A stretch of 64,000 nt of DNA. Source: an uncultured Gammaproteobacteria bacterium (lineage in GTDB: Bacteria > Patescibacteriota > Microgenomatia > CAZETR01 > Amesbacteraceae). The stretch spans positions 266-64,265 of the forward strand of contig CAYHGA010000003.1 in NCBI GenBank assembly GCA_964356225.1. The letters run 5' to 3'. Under the pieces are notes generated by a model. That model saw nothing but the letters and a program-made list of their open reading frames with translations. It ran no database searches and was not told where the DNA came from. Made by a program: the position numbers and the translations under genes. Positions 58,053 to 64,000 of this stretch are shown here, in pieces (within the stretch, counting starts at the first letter, position 1; each line of letters opens with the position of its first letter).

Positions 58053-58874
58053 ATGAAAAAAAGTAAGATCGCGAAATCTCAGACTAGCGTTACGGAAGAA
58101 GTATATTATCCCACGGTTATCCCCGATAAAAGTGATGAACTGGACAGAATAAGTCGAGAGATGCAAATCCGTGATAGGGATAAAAGAGAAGCTGAAAAAA
58201 AACACAAAGAACTTCTACGCCAACAAAGAATAGTAAATACCACTGAAAATAAATACCTTCACACTATTAATCTTCTCCTGGATAGGGCAGAACAAAAAAA
58301 GATAAAAAACACTATTGATAGCAATTCAACTGGGACCGGCTTTTCAGTTAAATGGGAGTTCTTTAATTTCGAGGATAACAATATGTTGAAAAATTTTCTC
58401 AATGAATTAAAGAGCAAAGGTTGCTTTGATTGGCAAGTTAACCCCTTTATGCCCGCTCATGTGGCAGAGTTTATATTCACTAATGTAAATTCTGAAGCAC
58501 TCTCAAAAGAAAAAGTAACCAAAGAAGTCATTCGCTTTGTACCGGGAGAAATCGTACTTTACAACAAGGGAGTTGTTTACTTTAAGCAAGGAGATGGTTT
58601 ACCAGCCTCCATTGATTTTTCTACAGCCCCATGTGAGCAAAAGACAGTGGACGCCCTTATGGAATTAAGGGCAGAAAAACTGGGACAAACTAGTTTTACG
58701 CCTAAAGATATTTTGGACAAATACAGCAAACTACATAAAAAACCTATTACCTTGCGTGACATCGCTATCTCTATTTCAAACATTCAAAAAAGGGTGAGAA
58801 TAAAAGCTCTTGAGAGCCGATTTAATATAGGCTACGATAAAAAAACAAAGACGAGAGTTTTTCAGCTTTCCTAG
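58053..58874 (+). CDS. hypothetical protein, possible C-terminal winged-helix regulator
   Basis: 273-aa ORF; C-terminal 'PKDILDKY...I..SISNIQKR'. Confidence 0.6.
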   Translation: MKKSKIAKSQTSVTEEVYYPTVIPDKSDELDRISREMQIRDRDKREAEKKHKELLRQQRIVNTTENKYLHTINLLLDRAEQKKIKNTIDSNSTGTGFSVKWEFFNFEDNNMLKNFLNELKSKGCFDWQVNPFMPAHVAEFIFTNVNSEALSKEKVTKEVIRFVPGEIVLYNKGVVYFKQGDGLPASIDFSTAPCEQKTVDALMELRAEKLGQTSFTPKDILDKYSKLHKKPITLRDIAISISNIQKRVRIKALESRFNIGYDKKTKTRVFQLS

Positions 58875-58974
58875 GCTCCATCTCTTACATATTACGTGTA
58901 TTACGCAGATTAGACAGCTTTAGCTTCGAATTTGGTCTATTGACTCGTTCCCGTAATCTAGCGATTGTCGTCTC

Positions 58975-59235
58975 ATGACAAGATTACAAGAAGATAAAAT
59001 CTTCGCTTCGCAGGAGCTTTCATTAGTAGCCGCTTTGGTTTCTTGGGGGTTCCCAATTTTTTCTGTTGAAAGATCCGACCCCAAACGTATTATCTTTGCG
59101 TTTGATAACTCCCCTGAACTCCAAGATGCGGTGCAGGACTTTTGGGATGACTCTGGAGTAGTTTCGCCCAAAAAGTATTTCAGTGCGCTTCGAGAAATTA
59201 AATCAAGAATCTATGGAGGTGGCAATGTTGCTTAA
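58975..59235 (+). CDS. DUF5659-like small phage/element protein
   Basis: 'LVAALVS.GF......RIIF.F....EL..AV..FW.....VSPKKYF.ALREIKSRIY'. Confidence 0.7.
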   Translation: MTRLQEDKIFASQELSLVAALVSWGFPIFSVERSDPKRIIFAFDNSPELQDAVQDFWDDSGVVSPKKYFSALREIKSRIYGGGNVA

Positions 59236-59461
59236 TAAGGCTTCAGTCATACACCAATGTTCTTCTTGTGGATCAAAGGAGCGAATCTATACTCTGAAAC
59301 TCATTTCCTCAGGCCGATCTTTCCCATACCCGATGTATATTCCCCAGATCAAAGAGCTTTGTCAGAAGTGTAATAGGTATATCCGCTTTGTCCCCCAATC
59401 GCCCGAGTTAGTTAACCGTTTTAACAACAGATTGGAGGAAGAGTGGCTCGTAAACGCATGA
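59225..59461 (+). CDS. small zinc-finger protein
   Basis: CSSCG...CQKC; GGAGG RBS before ATG 59225. Confidence 0.6.
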   Translation: MLLNKASVIHQCSSCGSKERIYTLKLISSGRSFPYPMYIPQIKELCQKCNRYIRFVPQSPELVNRFNNRLEEEWLVNA

Positions 59462-59976
59462 TCGATCCAAGTATTTGGGCTGATGAGGACTTCGGCAGGC
59501 TCTCTTCTGATGCAAAAGTGATGTTTATTGGCATGATTTCTAACGCCGATGACGAAGGAAGACTTCCCGGTGATTCCATTTATTTGAGCGCAACAATCTT
59601 TCCCTTCAATGGATTGTCCCCTCAAAAAGCATCAAGAATCTGTAAAGAAATTGAGGAAAAAATGAAATCTGCAACGTTTTTTGTTGAAAAATCGAAAAAA
59701 TACATTCAGCTCGAAAAATTCCTTATCTATCAATCAATAAACAGACCCACCCCTAGCAAGTATCCCCAGCCTCGAAAAGACGAAAAGACTCATGTAGTAC
59801 TCACTGAACAATCATTGAGGACTCATGGAGGACTCACTCCTAATAGAATAGAAGAGAATAGAAAGGAATCTCTTTCAAAAGAAAATCCACCGTATGGTGA
59901 TAATGAGTTTGAGAAAAATGCGTGGGAAGCGGCAAATGAGGTAACAGCTATCCTCAACAGAAGGAGACAAAAATGA
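59443..59976 (+). CDS. phage replication initiator / replisome-organiser-like protein
   Basis: 'MARKRMIDPSIWADEDF..LS..A..MFIG.I.NADDEGR', 'YQ.I.RP.PSK.P', 'NRIEENR'. Confidence 0.8.
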   Translation: MARKRMIDPSIWADEDFGRLSSDAKVMFIGMISNADDEGRLPGDSIYLSATIFPFNGLSPQKASRICKEIEEKMKSATFFVEKSKKYIQLEKFLIYQSINRPTPSKYPQPRKDEKTHVVLTEQSLRTHGGLTPNRIEENRKESLSKENPPYGDNEFEKNAWEAANEVTAILNRRRQK

Positions 59977-61577
59977 ATCCCCTAGACCATGCAAAAGTCT
60001 ATTTGGGCCTTGGTTGGTCGTTGATACCAATTGTTCCGGAGACCAAGAAACCGCCAATATTGTGGGGTGAGTTCCAAACTAGAAGGGCAACTTTATCAGA
60101 AATTGAAGAGTGGATAACCAAAGGCTGGTATTTAGCGGTTGTCACAGGAGATATATCCGGAGTGTTGGTGGTTGACGATGACCGGGTTAAGCACGGCCTC
60201 AATGAATGGGGTTTTACTTCACCAATGATCGCTAAGTCTCAAAATAGCGGAAAGCATTATTACTACAAGTACGATCGAGAAATCCATAGCCACTCAAATG
60301 GTGATTTACACATTGATTTGAAAGCATGGCACTCTTATTGCTTATTACCTCCCTTCAACGGTCGAGAATGGCTATCTAGTCTTTCGGAAAACCTAAACAA
60401 ACTAACCTTTATTCCCGACGAAATCGTGAGACTGGTAAATTCTGACAAGGTAGAGAGGGAACAACGCCGGGAACCATTGAGAATGGCCGACTTTATAAAC
60501 ATCCCAGAAGGGGCGAGAACTGACAGTTTACATCGTCTAGGTTGTTCAATTTTTAACCACATGAGCAAGGATGACGGAATGAGAATATTAGCCGGAGTTA
60601 ACCTAACTTACGAACCACCCCTTACTCAGAGTGAATTCGATTACCAAATTTCCAGAGCGTGGGAATTTGTGCAGGCTAATCCGAAGAAGAAACCTCCTGA
60701 ACCTGAAGTTGCTGTACCTCATCAAGACAGGCTTGTGCTAAAAAGCGGAATACCTTCATTAGACGCCATCCTAGGTGGATTCCATTCAGGGGGAGGATAT
60801 ATTATCGGTGGCGAAGAAAAATGCGGCAAAACGAGTCTGATATTGAACTTTGTTCAGTATTTCGTCGAATCAGATCAACGAGTTTTTTACGCCTCAACCG
60901 AACTTAAAGATTATGACGTCCAAAGCTACATGGACTCAATCTCCGGTAAAAAAGGTTGGACAAACCCAAATTTTCACTTTTATGACTTGGGAGAGACAGG
61001 TTCCTTAAAAGAACATCTTGAGATTATCGAGTCGGAATTGGCTTCCGGAACTAGAATCGTAGTGATAGACAACTTAACATCCTATCGTGACCACATTAAT
61101 CTAGCAAAAGACGAGTGGATGCGAATAGCACAGGCCGGAGATAGTTACCGAAAACTGGGCAGAAAATGGGAGGCGGTTGTGCTTATGGTTCTTCACTTAA
61201 ACCAAGGCACGAAACTCAACGAAATCCCCAAGTCGGTAAGGGTACTTCTAGAAAAGGGTGAGGCTGAGAAAATTTTTACCGAAAGTGTTTCGGTTTACGG
61301 ACGGCCCTCAAAAGACAACTTAAAGGGTGGATCAGGTTTCAGAAGCCAAACTTTTGGTCAGATATTAGTTTGGCGTCCATTCCAGGGCTTTTATTTACCT
61401 CACCTAAATAAATTGTGTGGTTTGATTGTGGAAAACAACCGATACGGTCCCACTGGTGAAGTCCGGCTTAATTTTGATGGGGCTACTAAGAAGTTTGAAG
61501 AGGTCGAGCTAACACCTACCGAAAAAGATGATGACAAACCTTATCAATCTGAATTTTCAAATATGGAGCAGATATGA
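59973..61577 (+). CDS. bifunctional primase-polymerase with PriCT fused to DnaB/RecA-like helicase
   Basis: 'K.P...W.EFQ', 'VVTG.ISGVLVVD.D', 'GKHYYY', 'EGARTDSL'; 'SG...LD..LGG', G..KCGKT, IDNL, NRYGPTG. Confidence 0.88.
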   Translation: MNPLDHAKVYLGLGWSLIPIVPETKKPPILWGEFQTRRATLSEIEEWITKGWYLAVVTGDISGVLVVDDDRVKHGLNEWGFTSPMIAKSQNSGKHYYYKYDREIHSHSNGDLHIDLKAWHSYCLLPPFNGREWLSSLSENLNKLTFIPDEIVRLVNSDKVEREQRREPLRMADFINIPEGARTDSLHRLGCSIFNHMSKDDGMRILAGVNLTYEPPLTQSEFDYQISRAWEFVQANPKKKPPEPEVAVPHQDRLVLKSGIPSLDAILGGFHSGGGYIIGGEEKCGKTSLILNFVQYFVESDQRVFYASTELKDYDVQSYMDSISGKKGWTNPNFHFYDLGETGSLKEHLEIIESELASGTRIVVIDNLTSYRDHINLAKDEWMRIAQAGDSYRKLGRKWEAVVLMVLHLNQGTKLNEIPKSVRVLLEKGEAEKIFTESVSVYGRPSKDNLKGGSGFRSQTFGQILVWRPFQGFYLPHLNKLCGLIVENNRYGPTGEVRLNFDGATKKFEEVELTPTEKDDDKPYQSEFSNMEQI

Positions 61578-61867
61578 AGACTTTGTTTCTCAAAACTAGT
61601 AGCACCTATCTTCTTAAACAGTTTCGGTGTTTCGGCATCCCGGTGATGCGAGAAGGTGACCAAACAATTGGCTTCTTACCCCCCAGCTTTTTTGTGGGAG
61701 TAAATAACCAACTGCTGGTGAGCAAAAGATTAAAACAATGGGCAAAAAACATGGATCCAAATGTGATTCTTACTTTAGGAGAATGGCAACCGTTAAATAT
61801 CTTTTGGGAAAAGGCTATTCCTTCACTCTTGCTGGGTAACTTAATCAAAATATATGACAAACCATGA
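61574..61867 (+). CDS. hypothetical protein
   Basis: ATGA-coupled to both neighbours. Confidence 0.55.
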   Translation: MKTLFLKTSSTYLLKQFRCFGIPVMREGDQTIGFLPPSFFVGVNNQLLVSKRLKQWAKNMDPNVILTLGEWQPLNIFWEKAIPSLLLGNLIKIYDKP

Positions 61868-62034
61868 TTAGCCAAATTGCGCTATCGGAGTTAAAGACAA
61901 TCTTGTTAAAAGATTATGGCTGGTCGGGTGACGATAAAACTACCACCCAGCTTGCAAATTATTTTTTGGTATCTCTTGAAGCGGTACTTTTGAGTCCAAA
62001 AGTTGACAAAACACCCAGAAAGGAGGCAAAGTGA
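61864..62034 (+). CDS. 56-aa ORF absent from the ORF track, coupled to the recombinase
   Basis: Manual translation MISQIALSELKTILLKDYGWSGDDKTTTQLANYFLVSLEAVLLSPKVDKTPRKEAK*; ATGA/GTGA overlaps at both ends. Confidence 0.65.
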   Translation: MISQIALSELKTILLKDYGWSGDDKTTTQLANYFLVSLEAVLLSPKVDKTPRKEAK

Positions 62035-63659
62035 TAGTCAACGATCTGTCAAAAATGAAAATTATATCCACTGTCCAAAAACGATACTATTTAGTCTACT
62101 TGCGAAAAAGTAGCGAGTCAGAAGACCGCCAAGTTCAAAGTATCGAAGACCAAAGAAAAGAAATTAAGCCCCTAATTGAGGATAGAAGTCTCGAAATTTT
62201 AGAAGTGTTTCAAGAATCCAGATCGGCAAAAGCTCCAGGTAGAGTTGAATTTGACCGCATGGCCAAACTCATAAGCGAGCGAGAGGATATTAAGGGTATT
62301 GTTTGCTGGAAATTAAACCGTCTTAGCCGTAATCCTGTGGACACTGGGGCGCTACAATGGCTGATACAGTCTAAAAAGATCGAAGAGATTGTTACTCCAA
62401 GCAAGACTTATACCGATGTTGATAGTGACTTTATTATGGCTGTGGAAGGCGCTCAAGCCAATAGATTCATACGGGATCTAAAAGAAGACACTTGGCGAGG
62501 CATGAAATCCAAAATTGAAAAAGGGATGGCTCCGGTATTAGCCGTTCCGGGGTATCTAAACGACAAAACAAAAGATCAAGGTAAGAAAGATATTATTGTG
62601 AATCCAGTGCAGTTCCCACTAATGCGTAAACTTTTTGATATGGCTTTGACAGGTAACTATTCGATTACTGATCTTTATGAGCAGGCAGATAAAATGGGCA
62701 TCAGAACTAATCGAGGGAAAAGAATTAGTCATTCTCGAATGGCAGAATTATTGAAAGATATATTTTATATAGGTAAGTTTGTTTATGGTGGTCAGACATA
62801 TGATGGCATCCATAAACCAATGTTATCTATGCAGGAATTTGAACTGTTGCAAGAGATATTCTCCAAAGGAGATAGACCAAGATCATCCGTTCACCACAAT
62901 CCCTATTCTGGGGATCTAATTAAATGTGTCTGCGGAAGATCGCTATCACTTGACCCCAAAGTAAAGACATATAAAAATGGTAAGTCACAAGAGTTTGTTT
63001 ACTTACGATGCAATCGTCCACACTATCAACCCAATAGTGCTTGTCCAAAATCTTCAATCAACATTAAAGATCTGGAAAAACAGATCCTTGAGCAACTGGG
63101 ATCAATCCTCATTTCACCTGATCTTATTAAATGGGGAATCGAAAGATTGAATGAAAAGAATATGGACAAACAAAAGTCTCGTGAAGCTGAAAATCTAGCA
63201 ATCAAACAGGCTTATGATCGAGTGGTAATCCAATTAGATAGTCTTCTTCAATTAAAGCTGTCACCCAATAATATCAATGGAAGTTTATTGTCGGATATGG
63301 AATATGCAGAGCAAAGAGTGATCCTTTTGAAGGAAAGAGATAAATACAATGTCCAACACAGTTCGTTGGACAAGAATAGAGAAGATTGGGCACAGATGGC
63401 TGTGGCAGTGTTTAACTTCGCCGCAAAAGCTCAAGAGAAGTTTGCTACCGGTAATTTGGAAACCAAACGAGACATTTGTAAGATCTTTGGAACCAGCATG
63501 ATTTTGAATGGAAAAAAGCTCGAAGTTTTATCCAGAACGCCGTTTATTTTTATAAAAGATGCTTTAAGAGTCACCGAACCTAACAAAATGCCTATTTATA
63601 GCTCCGAAGCGACACTTCATGCCTTTGAAGATAACTTTGGGGTGGTGTACGGGAGTTGA
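62031..63659 (+). CDS. large serine recombinase; 3' end runs into tRNA-His
   Basis: YLRKSSE, NRLSRN, C.CG and Y.RC..C zinc ligands, coiled coil; AAGGAGG RBS. Confidence 0.95.
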   Translation: MIVNDLSKMKIISTVQKRYYLVYLRKSSESEDRQVQSIEDQRKEIKPLIEDRSLEILEVFQESRSAKAPGRVEFDRMAKLISEREDIKGIVCWKLNRLSRNPVDTGALQWLIQSKKIEEIVTPSKTYTDVDSDFIMAVEGAQANRFIRDLKEDTWRGMKSKIEKGMAPVLAVPGYLNDKTKDQGKKDIIVNPVQFPLMRKLFDMALTGNYSITDLYEQADKMGIRTNRGKRISHSRMAELLKDIFYIGKFVYGGQTYDGIHKPMLSMQEFELLQEIFSKGDRPRSSVHHNPYSGDLIKCVCGRSLSLDPKVKTYKNGKSQEFVYLRCNRPHYQPNSACPKSSINIKDLEKQILEQLGSILISPDLIKWGIERLNEKNMDKQKSREAENLAIKQAYDRVVIQLDSLLQLKLSPNNINGSLLSDMEYAEQRVILLKERDKYNVQHSSLDKNREDWAQMAVAVFNFAAKAQEKFATGNLETKRDICKIFGTSMILNGKKLEVLSRTPFIFIKDALRVTEPNKMPIYSSEATLHAFEDNFGVVYGS

Positions 63660-63714
63660 ACCCGCTAAAACTGCCTCCACAGGGCAGCGCCTAAACCGTT
63701 CGGCACACACCACC
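63638..63714 (-). tRNA. trnH: tRNA-His (GTG)
   Basis: 8-bp acceptor with G-1 (GGTGGTGT/ACACCACC) plus encoded CCA; CTGCC-CTGTGGA-GGCAG arm. Confidence 0.93.
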
Positions 63715-63734
63715 AAAACTTCTCTATTTTACCA

Positions 63735-63763
63735 TTGACAAGTGTAAAACTTTAGACCATACT
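63735..63763 (+). promoter_or_regulatory. sigma70-type promoter, leaderless geometry
   Basis: TTGACA-17 bp-CATACT, 6 nt before ATG 63770. Confidence 0.65.
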
Positions 63764-63769
63764 CAACAC

Positions 63770-63973
63770 ATGGCCAAGAAAGAAACGCCGAAAACCCAAG
63801 TCGTCAAAAAAGATAGCCACTCCAGGTTAATCGGCGGGGCCGTTATTGTGACTTTTGGCTTGATCATTATTCTGAACAATTTCGGGCTTCTTCCCTGGGG
63901 GATTTTAGACGCCGTCTCCAAACTCTGGCCCCTCATTCTTGTCTTCTGGGGCCTGAAAATGCTTCTGAAATAA
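63770..63973 (+). CDS. LiaF/DUF5668-like small membrane protein
   Basis: 'G..I..FG.II.LNNFGLL.W.....KLWPLILV..GL..L'. Confidence 0.75.
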   Translation: MAKKETPKTQVVKKDSHSRLIGGAVIVTFGLIIILNNFGLLPWGILDAVSKLWPLILVFWGLKMLLK

Positions 63974-64000
63974 AGGAGAAGTGTATACTTCACCCACATG

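Larger units (their letters stand above)
50894..63643. mobile_element. phage-satellite-like integrative element at tRNA-His 3' end (~12.7 kb)
   Basis: LSR running into tRNA-His, replication module, terS/terL, AT-rich cargo; putative left junction GGGT at 50894-50897. Confidence 0.7.

Noticed and set aside
306-63999. Numerous 60-160-aa antisense or alternate-frame ORFs in the track
   Set aside because: They are shadows of well-supported genes and show no recognisable motifs

Overview
A 64-kb bacterial chromosome segment. Its streamlined proteins, gene content and scarce Shine-Dalgarno sites suggest a Patescibacteria/CPR (Microgenomates-like) genome; this is inferred, not proven. The backbone is housekeeping: DEAD helicase, polX, lemA-htpX, gatCAB, dnaE, rplS, ruvC, pmm/pgi-ppsA-eno-gpmI, rsmI, lexA-uvrBAC, secG and 6 tRNAs. 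Four accessory features stand out. (1) A ~4.9-kb island at the 3' end of tRNA-Lys(TTT) carries a large serine recombinase (LSR) whose gene is split by its own att site. A perfect, inverted, rejoined attP copy upstream brackets both the LSR and an MFS gene in inverted repeats, so inversion would swap the recombinase C-terminus. Att-only mini-elements with a covarying hairpin are also present. (2) A GIY-YIG nuclease gene sits inside a duplicated tRNA-Lys 5' half that carries a 16-bp palindrome. (3) A T-box riboswitch with an ultrashort stem I (predicted Arg specifier) lies upstream of an unrecognisable 450-aa protein. (4) A ~12.7-kb capsid-less, phage-satellite-like element at tRNA-His encodes an LSR, prim-pol/helicase, TerS+TerL, an ftsA paralogue and a structured RNA. 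REP-like palindromes and heptamer repeats occur in frame inside core genes, and leaderless-type promoters are widespread. All calls come from reading the sequence; no database searches were run.
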